Positions 11,121 through 21,885 of a stretch of 64,000 nucleotides of DNA are shown piece by piece. Made by a program: the position numbers and the translations under genes. Source of the stretch: Haliotis cracherodii (Eukaryota); the NCBI RefSeq assembly GCF_022045235.1, contig NW_027266268.1, forward strand, positions 9,424,001 through 9,488,000, read 5' to 3'. The notes beneath the pieces were generated by a model, which was not told where the DNA came from, did not search any database, and saw only the letters and a list, made by a program, of their open reading frames with translations. Every line of letters begins with the position of its first letter. Positions within the stretch are counted from its first letter, which is position 1.

Positions 11121-11940
11121 GTAAGTTGACAGCCTCAAGAAGACAGTGAGGGACTAGTCAGGGTTTGGAGTGACTAGTGCACTTACATATTTACTAGTAT
11201 ACAAGTAGTTATACCAGTCAAGGATTTGTTTGGTGAATATTTGTTTTAAAAGCATACATGCTTTACGGGAAGCCTAAACTTTATATTTCATTATTTTCTT
11301 CTAAGTATAAGATTAACATATGAGAACATAAGAAGAAAACATTCATTTATTGAAACTAGAAAAAAGTACTTAACCCTATTAAGGATCAGTTTAGATTCTT
11401 ATTTTGCAGATCTTTTAAGTCATTACCTTGCAAATTAAAAAGATTAAGCTCACCTTAATGATTGTCCATAGAACAATCATTAAATGATTGTCCATAGAAC
11501 AAGGAAATGAATTGTACCAAACAACAGTACTTGAGTAATGAAATAGGTTCCTCTTGTAACAGCAAACCGTGAATGCATAGAATCACTTGCCGACAGTCAT
11601 TAGTTAACAGTGGTACAGTTCCCAACCCTACTGGTCCCTGTAGATAGGACCTGATACTGGTGTTAGTTCTCCCGATTCTGTCTGACATCTGTAGATAGTT
11701 GCTGCTCCTTCTTGCCTCTGTCTTATACTGACATGCTTGACATCCTTTATACAACCTTTACCCAGACTACCAGGGCTGAATATCACTATCACCAACAGTT
11801 AACTGTTTCCATGGTGACTCTGGTTCTTTGTGAAGGTGTTGGTGGCAGGACCTTGTCCCTTTCATATTGTTCACTGTGTGTCACTGAATGACATGCTGGA
11901 TGTATACTTATTTGAGTTCTAGTTTCTTCTTGAATGTCTG

Positions 11941-12218
11941 AGGGCCCAGGTGGCCCAGTCATCTAAGGCACAATAATTCGCTGTGCAGAGTTGCATCCCT
12001 TAGGCACGCCAGAAACCTATGATTGTGGGTTCGAATCCTGATTGCCCTGATTATGTTTCTTGGTTTATCAGCACCATACTATTGGTCGTGGGTTTCACCA
12101 AAGTGGTATATGTCTCAAACCTGCATCACTTTGGGCTTTCCTCCCACATCAAGCTGACACGCTGTGATATAACTGGAATACAGCTTTAAACCCAACTCAC
12201 TCAATCACTCACTCACTC
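11941..12218 (+). mobile_element. SINE family B copy
   Basis: Full-length match to 1905-2188. Confidence 0.85.
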
Positions 12219-12319
12219 TAGAATGTCACCTTGGTTAGAATAGGTAACCAGGGGCCATTGCAGGTTATTCAGATCGGATGGACAGGCTCTGTGACCTGAT
12301 TGCTGTCATTATGCCTCTA

Positions 12320-12600
12320 GGAGGCACGGGTGGCCCAGTCGTCTAAGGCGCTGCAATTCGCTGTGCAGAGTTGCGTCCCTTGGGCATGCCAGAAACCTAT
12401 GATTGTGGGTTCGAATCCTGGTTCGCCCCAATTGTGTTTCTAGGTTTGTCAGCACCATACCCGTGCTCGTGGGTTTCACCGAAGTGGTAAATGTCTGAGA
12501 CCTGCATCACTTCGGGCGTTCCTCCCACATCAAGCTGACACGCCGCGATATGGCTGGAATAGTGTTGAAAGCGGCGTTAAACCCAACTCACTCACACTCA
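12320..12600 (+). mobile_element. SINE family B copy inside an old family-C-like element
   Basis: 13-bp TSD cattatgcctcta at 12307-12319 and 12601-12613. Confidence 0.88.
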
Positions 12601-12989
12601 CATTATGCCTCTATGGTGTGGTTCTTTTCCCATGCTTTCAGTCACAGGTTTGTCTGATCCAGATGCTTTTGTTCAGGTCGCTGTGATGTAGCTGAGACAT
12701 TGCTGACATTCACTCACTCACTCACTCTTCTCTCTGTCATGTATAGTTTGTTTTGAAGCAGTGATTCAATTAAGTACCTGTACATCGTGATGCCAGTGTC
12801 ATACATAGGGTTCTGTATTAAACCAATACAATACCTGTATGTACAAGAAAGAAACATTTCAGTGTTTTTATAATGATTTGTAAATACTTTTTGATGAGGA
12901 AAGAGACCTTAATTTCAAATTTTTACAAATATGACCACACATTTTGTACATGAGTCGATCTCACTATGTCTCTTCTCCTCCTGCTTCAG

Positions 12990-13130
12990 GTGCCCGGAAC
13001 CAGTACGTGGATGTCCTGAGCAGCAAGACGACGCCAGCAGCCACTGTACCAAGCACCCTCTTCAATGTGATGCCGACGGCTGCGCCGACCACTAACACAT
13101 CAGCGCAGATCTTCAACCCCACAGGCAGTG
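12990..13130 (+). CDS. SEC16A: SEC16 exon (GARNQYVDVLSSK...AQIFNPTGS)
   Basis: cttcag|...gtg|gtaggt; R..YVDVL Sec16 C-terminal motif. Confidence 0.93.
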
Positions 13131-13736
13131 GTAGGTGACACTAGAGGGGTGGACATCAAGAGGAGCTGCTATGTATTCAGGGGTTAACTGGGTCTTTCTA
13201 TTTACTTGGAGACTTTCAGTTTGAGGGTTTTTCCCAGGATGAAAATTGGGGATGCAGGTTGACCACTGTGGTCTTGTTGACGTTGGTGATGTGTGCAGCA
13301 CTTCACCAAATTTATCTTAGGATGCTATTCATTGATGGGGATACCAGTGTTGATACACATATATGATTTCGCGTTCCATAGAACTGCATAAAACCTGTGC
13401 CCATTCTCAAGTTTTATGGATTTAGGACACAGTGTTGTGTGTCTGGTAAAACCCTCTTCTATCCCAGAGGACCATGCTTGATAACAAACTGTTGGAGGCC
13501 GAGGAGGCTGTCTCTGAGTGTAATATTAGTGTCTTGTTTATTCAAATATTGTCAATCAATCTCTGAGTATTCTTTGGAAACAACATGATTTCCTGCATGC
13601 TGTAACGAATGTTCCCTCTTTTTTCCATCATAATATGGGATAAGGATTTAGAAAAACAAACAATGCAGCTGGTAGAATGTGTATGTTTTAATCATCAGCA
13701 ACATCACCTACTCCAACAATATGTTTCTTTCTTCAG

Positions 13737-13819
13737 TCTCAACTGAATCTAGTCAACCAGCAGCACCATCTGGTGGTGAGAGTGTCCAGAGCAATCTTCT
13801 GGAGCCTCCATCAGGGGAG
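13737..13819 (+). CDS. SEC16A: SEC16 exon (VSTESSQPAAPSGGESVQSNLLEPPSGE)
   Basis: cttcag|...gag|gtaagt, phase 1 to 0. Confidence 0.85.
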
Positions 13820-14156
13820 GTAAGTCTGTCACTAACAATTAGTTTGGCCTCAAGTTGGTCAGTTCTTTAATTCTGGTTAAGACTAACCCTGCATGTATTT
13901 TTAATATATTACCTTTGACCCAATGCAGGTTCATCGAGTCTGAGGCATTACTCAGTTTAACAGTGGTACTGTTTCACTATTACAATCTTATTTGCAGCGT
14001 TAGAAATTGGCACAAGTCCTATAGTCCTTGCCAAACTGCACAATAGTTAAGGTATCATAAGGACTCGTCGCAATTAGCCCTTTAAAGGGTTTTGCTATAT
14101 ATTATCATATTAAGGACTAGTGGACAAAAAATGTTAGTTTCTAGCGCTGTATTTGT

Positions 14157-14779
14157 CTGTTGGACTTGCACCTCAGGGTTGAACTCAGCCTTGACTTGTG
14201 GCTCTTGGTGTGTTGGACTTGCACCTCAGGGTTGAATTCAGCCCTGACTTGTGGCTCCTGGTGTGTTGGACTTGCACCTCATGGTTGAACTCAGCCCTGA
14301 CTTGTAGCTCCTGGTGTGTTGGACTTGCACCTCAGGGTTGAACACAGCCCTGACTTGTAGCTCCTGGTGTGTTGGACTTGCACCTCAGGGTTGAACACAG
14401 CCCTGACTTGTGGCTCTTGGTGTGTTGGACTTGCACCTCAGGGTTGAACTCAGCCCTGACTTGTGGCTCCTGGTGTGTTGGACTTGCACCTCAGGGTTGA
14501 ACACAGCCCTGACTTGTGGCTCCTGGTGTGTTGGACTTGCACCTCAGGGTTGAACACAGCCTGGACTTGTGGCTCCTGGTGTGTTGGACTTGCACCTCAG
14601 GGTTGAACACAGCCTTGACTTGTGGCTCCTGGTGTGTTGGACTTGCACCTCATGGTTGAACTCAGCCCTGACTTGTGGCTCCTGGTCTGTTGGACTTGCA
14701 CCTCAGGGTTGAAAATGGACTGGTGGCTCCTGGTGTGTTGGACTTGCACCTCAGGGTTGAACACAGCCTGGACTTGCAG
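14157..14779 (+). repeat. 53-bp minisatellite, about 12 copies
   Basis: ggtgtgttggacttgcacctcagggttgaactcagccctgacttgtggctcct. Confidence 0.93.
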
Positions 14780-15162
14780 TTCCTTCCTGTAACAGCAGGA
14801 GTCAGAGGCCTACTGACTGATAGAGGTGGAGGAGAACGTGTATGTATACCTTCAGATGAGGGTATTCCAGAGCGGAACACAGAACCCTTTGCTGGCCAGA
14901 AGATGTAACATGGGGAATGGTTGCCATGGCCAAAGAGTACTGTCAGAACCTTGCTCTCTGTCCTGGATGAATTGTCATACTGGCAGAGCAGATTTCTATG
15001 TTATGTAACAAGTGACTGGCTGCCTTTATGAAGCTGTGATATAGACTGACATCATTCAGTCACTCGGAGAGAAGTATGATGCTGTACACATCAAGTACAG
15101 CCACATCCTGTTTCCTAACACCCCTTTATAGTAGCAACTTATTCTGTTGTTCCCTCCTGCAG

Positions 15163-15219
15163 CCCCAGCAGCAACACTACAACTACAACAACAATGGTCA
15201 CAGCGTCACCGACAGCCAA
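15163..15219 (+). CDS. SEC16A: Probable alternative SEC16 exon (PQQQHYNYNNNGHSVTDSQ)
   Basis: Strong polypyrimidine acceptor ctcctgcag|, weaker donor caa|gtaatc; 57 nt, phase 0 to 0. Confidence 0.6.
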
Positions 15220-15274
15220 GTAATCACTAACTTTTTCCTTGTAGGACACTTGTTTTGTTAGATTCTACAGATTC

Positions 15275-15500
15275 TAGTCTGTAGCCCCACCCCAAACCCA
15301 GCAGTACAAGCCCTAGTCTGTATCCCCACCCCCAAACCCAGCACTACAAGCCCCAGTCTGTTGCCCCACCCCCAAACCCAGCATTACAAGCCCCAGTCTG
15401 TTGCCCCACCCCCAAACCCAGCACTACAAGCTCTAGTCTGTTGCCCCACCCTCAAACCCAGCACTACAAGCCCCAGTCTGTTGCCCCACCCCAAACCCTG
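15275..15500 (+). repeat. 40-bp minisatellite, about 6 copies
   Basis: cccaaacccagcactacaagccccagtctgttgccccacc. Confidence 0.88.
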
Positions 15501-15918
15501 CACTCTACTGCAGGCCTCATTATGATGTTCCACCCCAATTTCAGCACTACAGACCCCTGTCTGCCCCGTCCTAAACCTAACACTACACTTCAGACCAACC
15601 CCAAACTTTACAACCCACTGTGATATGATACTGAGCCCCTTGAATATCTTGTTAGTACTTGTTTATAGTCTCTTGAGTTTTCAGATCGGTTGTCGTCATC
15701 TTAAAATAGACATTACGTTGGTTCAGTCAACTCTGTTCTTTTGTTCTGTACGTCAGATCCAGGTAGAAATCATTTTCATTTTCATCCATTTTCATTTTGT
15801 GTTGTATTTGCCTTGTCCAGGGTCTGGTCAGGGGAGAACATGCATGTGGGATTTCCTTCTGGCAGCTGTCACCTCACACCACTTCTGTCTAGATGTCATT
15901 GTGCATCCTTGTCATAGA

Positions 15919-16468
15919 GTGAGATCTATGAGTATTAAGAGCACAGCAGTGAGATCTATGTGTAATGACTGCACAGCAGTGAGATCTATGTGTATTGGGG
16001 GCACAGTAGTGAGATCTATGTGTATTGGAGGCACAGTAGTGAGATCTGTGAGTATTGGGGGCACAGCAGTGAGATCTATGTGTATTGGGGGCACAGTAGT
16101 GAGATCTATGTGTATTGGGGGCACAGTAGTGAGATCTATGTGTATTGGAGGCACAGTAGTGAGATCAATGTGTAATGACTGCACAGCAGTGAGATCTATG
16201 AGTTTTGGGGGCACAGCATTGAGATCAATGCGTATTGAGGGCACAGTTGTGAGATCAATGCATATTGAGGGCACAGCATTGAGATCAATGAGTATTGGGG
16301 GCACAGTAGTGAGATCAATGCTTATTGAGGGCACAGTAATGATATCTTTGTGTATTGAGGGCACAGTTGTGAGATCTTTGTGTATTGTGGGCACAGCATT
16401 GAGATCTATGGGTATTGTGGGCACAGCAGTGAGATCTATGTGTATTGGGGGCACAGCAGTGAGATCAT
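15919..16468 (+). repeat. 30-bp minisatellite, about 18 copies
   Basis: gagatctatgtgtattgggggcacagtagt. Confidence 0.93.
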
Positions 16469-16781
16469 TGTGCAGATTTTCCGCTTGTCAAGGGTAATGC
16501 CAGGTGTAAAATATTGAAGAATGATTCATCACACTGCAGGATGTGGTTGTATTAACTACATGTATTCTGTGACTGGTTGATGACTCATTGTAGATCTTCT
16601 TGTTACTTGAGTAAGGTGATACTTATTCCTTGGAAACAACCACAGCTGAATTTTTACAAAGTGAATCACACAAGCAGACCTTATACTGGGGCCTGGCGAC
16701 ATCCCCTGTGTAGAGACAGAAACACTTCATAAGAGTCTTTGACTTGAGGTAGCCACCAAGCATTTAGGTTAAAAATATGAA

Positions 16782-16965
16782 AAGGAAGCGAATATATGGA
16801 TGTCAACTTCTTTATAATGAGGAACACAACGTTTCGGAGTATATGAATTGACCTGATGAAGGAGTAAGCATATACTCCGATACGTTGTGTTCCTCATAAT
16901 AAAGAAGTTGACATCCATATATTCTCTTCCTTGTGTGTATCACTTCGAAATGTCTTTTCAAAGAC
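16782..16965 (+). mobile_element. Penelope-like inverted repeat with minimal hammerhead ribozyme core
   Basis: Inverted arms of about 64 bp (16782-16845 / 16869-16932); CTGATGA-A-GGAGTA-agcata-TACTCC-GATAcgttg at 16853-16887. Confidence 0.65.
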
Positions 16966-17450
16966 CTAAAAATATGATGCCAAACGTAAAACTCATAATA
17001 AACGGTACCAAGCCTAGAAGCTGCCATGACGTCTAGAAGTGACAGCTGCCAAACTCCCTTGCCTCAATCATCTTCATTTCATGCTGTGTTGTTTTGCTCA
17101 GTTGTTTGCATGCCTTTGTTCCGTGATTAGATGATGCTTTCCTAGTTGTTGAGTTTTTGGCATTTTGTTGGTTTCAGTGTTTTGTAATCTTTAAAATGGC
17201 AGGATAGGCAGGTAAATTATAATGGATGAGGTGACCATTTTGTAATCAGTGAAAGAAACATTGATATACCGGTAAATAAGAAAATTAAACCTATTTTATG
17301 CTTGTTGGTAGGCAATGTCAGACTGCATGTCTCTTGAACATGAATTACTAATCGATAAAATCATGAGGAATTTTGTAAGCATAACCTGTTGGAACTCAAA
17401 TTGGTATTTGTAGTGTAGTGCTTATGTAACTATGGGAGGTTTTCTTGCAG

Positions 17451-17510
17451 TTGTCGCGATCAAGTTCAATGAGTTCTCTCTCGCGGGAAGTCCAGCAGTT
17501 TACGACCCAG
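17451..17510 (+). CDS. SEC16A: SEC16 60-nt exon (LSRSSSMSSLSREVQQFTTQ)
   Basis: cttgcag|...cag|gtaata; closely matches vertebrate SEC16A LSRCSSMSSLSREVSQHFNQ as recalled; absent from the ORF track. Confidence 0.9.
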
Positions 17511-18439
17511 GTAATATGTCCGCCAACTGGCTGACTGTGTTGTACGCCTCGTATCACACACTGTGTCGTAGTAGTCATCTGTAAACACTGGTTACTAACA
17601 ACTTGTACTACTCTCCTACTGACCAGACTATAGCGTCTTGTATACAGCCACTGTGTATAACTATATACGTGTAGCTACACTTTGCTGCTCTGATGGAATG
17701 AGATTTGAAGCAGGATATTTGATGATCTGATATTTAGTCATATTGAAGAAAAACCTTTTCCAACAATTAATCAAGCTTTGGGGTAAATGAGATGGACAAT
17801 AGCTAGTGCCTAAAAATAAATTAACTGTGAATTGTTTTAAACGGATAAAAGCTGAAATATTTGTTGTATGAAGGGGGATAACTCTTTAAGCATTACTGAT
17901 CAGTGAAGCTTGTTATGGCCACTGAGCATGCCAAGGTATAAGACTATCCTGTAACAGGCTTTTGTTACCATCTAATGTTTGCCTTCTATGGAGTACACAC
18001 TCTAGATTCACAACCGTGGCAGTGTTAAGTGTTGGATATTATGAAGTGAGATATATTGAAATGTATCGAAATGTTACAGTAAGTTTGGTTATTTACATGA
18101 TTTCTGAGTTTAAAAGGACTTTTACAGAAGTCCATTGCCTTATCTCAGTAACCTTTTAAATTCATGTCATTAAAAACAGATATAAAATTCTTTCAAAAAG
18201 TTTGTTTCTTGTAAATACTTTCAGAGATCACTTTTAGAAAAAAATGTTTTCAAATTTTTCTTATCAACAGAAGATGCAAAGGTTTGGAATGTTTTTGTGA
18301 AACAAATACTAAGCCTAATATACCATTCTCGTGAATATGATTAATCAGATGAATGAGGTATATGAGTTGTGTACTCCCCAGGGAGCTGAGAATGACACTT
18401 GAAAGCACAGTGATCATTTGACTTGGGTAAAAATGATTA

Positions 18440-18930
18440 CCATATTCAACATAATAAGCGCCCAGGGCGCTCTCCAAATTAGAAATAGGGGGCTCTTATT
18501 TGGTAACTCCGTAGTAAAAAGTGTTTTGTTCTTGTATGGTTATTTAAACGCGTTTTTGGTGCCTAAATATGTTTGTATCCTAAATGTGTTTGAAATACCA
18601 TATTCGATATAATAAGCGCCCAGGGCGCTCTCAAAATTAGAAATGGGGGTTGGGTGGCTCTAGATCTTATTAGAATATTATTTTGGTGAAAAACAACAGA
18701 GTTCAAAGAGGGTTTATGCTGAAATGTTTATAAACGACAGATATATTTTTCCAGAATTTAATTGCCCATAATTAAGGGTGTATATAACAAAAGTATTATC
18801 CACGAATAAATAGCCTTATGGACATTTATCAATCAGAAGGGATGCTGATTAGGATTGTTCACTACCAGTATATTAACAAATATTGCCGTGGGCGCTTATT
18901 AGAGCGGGGCGTTTATTTCGTCGAATACAG
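18440..18930. mobile_element. TA-flanked Tc1/mariner (pogo/Tigger-like) MITE with duplicated left end
   Basis: ta|ccatattc..ataataagcgccc at 18440 and 18598; right TIR gggcgtttatttcgtcgaatacag|ta. Confidence 0.65.
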
Positions 18931-18959
18931 TATATGATTTTAATGAGGATACCAGCATA

Positions 18960-18996
<37 letters not shown>

Positions 18997-19434
18997 GCCA
19001 CGGTAGACTGTGATTTGGCATCTCCAGACTTAAGGTGCACTTGGTGTGTTGATCTTGTGTGGAACAAAAGCCTGTGGTTTGTTTGAGGATGTTGTGCAGG
19101 AGTATGGAGTTTCATCCTTTCAGAATCCAGCCCTATATCTAGTTACCTGTCTCTGTATCTGATTACAGCATCTGTAGCATCCCTGTCTGTGTCTCTGAAT
19201 GTGTAATCACTAACACCAGACACTGCTTGTGAGGATGTTTGTGCGGTCGTCGTAGCTGCCAGTCCAGCATACTGCATGTTTTGCCATAACTGTCATCATC
19301 TCTCCGGTGTGTGTGCTTGCGTTTACCAGCATTTTACCTTCAAGTCTACAGATTTGCATCCATGTTGATATGTCCTCACATTGTAGATACAATCATGTGT
19401 ATAACAGGTATCATCATCTATATCGCTATATATT

Positions 19435-19690
19435 GACCCGTGAAGATCCGGGGTAGAATAGGTCTTCAGCAACCCATACTTGCCGTAAAAGGCGACTATG
19501 CTTGTCTTAAGAGTTGACTAATGGGATCGGGTGGTCAGACACGCTGACTTGGTTGATGCATGTCATCGATCCAAACTGCGTGGATCGATGCTCATGATGT
19601 CAATCACTGGATTGTCTGGTCCAGACTCGATTATTTGCAGACTGACGTCATATAGCTGGAATATTGCGTTAAACAACAAACAACAACATA
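19435..19690 (+). mobile_element. Non-tRNA SINE-like element, family C, representative copy
   Basis: gacccgtgaagatccggggtagaataggtcttcagcaaccc...ggcgacta...tatagctggaatattg...(CAAA)n; further copies near 3530-3708(-), 4862-5116, 7477-7720, 8245-8468(-), 19735-19920, 26345-26490(-), 43785-43880, 48470-48655(-). Confidence 0.85.
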
Positions 19691-20249
19691 CATCGCTCTA
19701 AAAAACCTCATGTTCTCTAAAAACCTCAGCTGGTTGTAAGAGGTGATCACATGAATCAGGGGTTAGACTTTGTGACTTGGTTGATTTGTGTGTCAACAAA
19801 CATATCCTGATAGTGTGGATCGTTGCTCAAAATATCAATCACTGGATTTTCTGGTCCAGACTTGATTTTTTTACAGGCTGTTGTTATATTGTTAAGTGCA
19901 GCATTACACAACAAACACAACCACAGATTGTGTCACAGGTATCATGTATTTGATATATATCCACAACAGATTGTGTAACAGATATCATCATGTATATCAA
20001 TATATAGCCTAACAACCACAGCGTGTAACAGTGATAAACATTAATATATATCCTTCCAATTGCCACAGGTTGTGTGACAGTTGTCAAATATATCCGTATA
20101 TGCTCTCACATTGTCTGTTTCCACTTGAGGAGGTGGTATGTTCTGTTATTCTGAAATGGAGATTTGTTGGTGAAAATGGTTGCTAAACATGGCCAGTTCT
20201 TTGATAACTGATCAGCTGAATGACACCAATGTTGGTGACGAATGTTCGA

Positions 20250-20718
20250 CAGGGTTTGATTTAGCTATATAGAACATGCACCAGTTCAAACTCTTATTGA
20301 AAAGTGCAACCTGGTATTTGTGTCTACATGCAACAAGTACATGTAAACCAAATTCAAATATGTGTCTGACTTACCCTTACTTTTCAACCAAACAACTTTT
20401 TTTACATCACTCAATACCTTTAAGCTTATGTACCATGCTACACCACTAACCCCTATGTTTTGTGTAATTTGTCAGGCTTTCTTGGGCTCGTCATCAAACT
20501 GCGGGTCATCAAACACATGTTCTTTTACATTTTACAGCAAAACATCATTATTTTATGTAAAATTGTGATACATATGCCAGAGATCCGAGATTTTATTTAT
20601 TTAGACTAGTTTTCGACTGTGATAACTTTATGCAACCTGGTTTTGTCCGGTGCAATTAGGTTTTCTTGTCAACAGGCACCTGTTGCAAGTAATATCAAGT
20701 TCCTTAAATTGAACCCTG
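20250..20718. mobile_element. Putative MITE
   Basis: Imperfect TIRs cagggtttgattta / taaattgaaccctg; flanking near-duplication tgttc(g/t)aca. Confidence 0.5.
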
Positions 20719-21738
20719 TTCTACATGATCTCTATGTTCAATTCTATCTTTAAAACTAGTTTGTGTGCTCCTAAACTTTGCAGGGTTCACATTGGTTGAC
20801 AGTGGCATGCAACCCATTCACTGACATGCTTTGTCTATAGTAACAATAGGCACAGAGTAACAGTGTGGTATTTCATGGACACATGGTTGTAGGCAGAGCA
20901 TGTAGCATGGTAGTGTGTCAGCATGGTAGTGTGTCAGCATGGTAGTGGAGCTGCAGTAGATGCATGCTTCGAGAGCAGTCATAAGCAGCTACATTATTGT
21001 CATCTTCGCCTACACCGACATCATAATCATCATCACTATCATTTCCCTCATCAGTTTCAGTATCATATTTTCTGTATTGAGGTGTAAAACATGAAGATTT
21101 TAATATTTACTTTTATGCAGTAATGTAGTCCACTTGTCTCACATCCTGGTGTTTGTGCAAAGCTCAGGCAAGAGAGGATTATCCATTACATCCAAGTGGA
21201 GAAGATACCTAGATGCTTCTCCATGCATTGTACACCTAGGTGATGGTTGCTTGAAAGGTCTCAAGTCTCCAGTGATCACTGATTCCTGGTCTGTGATCAG
21301 TGTCAAGATTCACCAAGTGACAAAACCCAGCAGTGTGTTCATGATTGTATTGATGGTTTGAGAGGGGCCTTGTTAATCTTGACATATAAAGTTTTAATAT
21401 TGGGTTCAATAGATTTCTTTAGCAGTGATTCACTGACCTGTGTAGAGCTACAGAGATGAGAGTTTCACAGTGTCTCCAACTACTGGGCTGTTATTTGTCT
21501 GATGCCTGTCAACATAATCCCTTCTTCAACACTGACTGGGCAACCCCAGTGATGGTGGTGTTCAATTGGATGAGTATTGCTCCTACGTATGTGTTATTCA
21601 TATTATGCCTGTCACTGTCTCCCTCCCTGTTTCTTACCTCGTTTTACACTTAGTAGGCATCCCTATGTTGGTGTGGAGGCAGGCAAGTTCTACACCTGTG
21701 TTTGTGATGTTTATGTAATGCCTGTCTGTATGTTTCAG

Positions 21739-21885
21739 CCGGACTCTGCCGCGGGCGCCACCACCAACCCAATCCTGTTCAACCCTGCCCAGTTTCAGGG
21801 TGCCCAACCCCAGGTTCAACAGCCCGCTGCTGCCACCAACCGACCTCGGTACGGACAGCGGAGACAGTACCCCAAGAAGACATAG
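21739..21885 (+). CDS. SEC16A: SEC16 terminal coding exon (PDSAAGATTNPILFNPAQFQG...RYGQRRQYPKKT*)
   Basis: tttcag| acceptor, stop TAG 21883-21885; F.NPAQ...R.GQR terminal motif. Confidence 0.92.
   Translation, partial: PDSAAGATTNPILFNPAQFQGAQPQVQQPAAATNRPRYGQRRQYPKKT

Noticed and set aside
19435-19530. Canonical HDV-like or twister ribozyme call for the family C head
   Set aside because: The helix order lacks an upstream P1 and a short L3 (HDV) and lacks the GA/T1 segment (twister); kept only as an unclassified structure candidate
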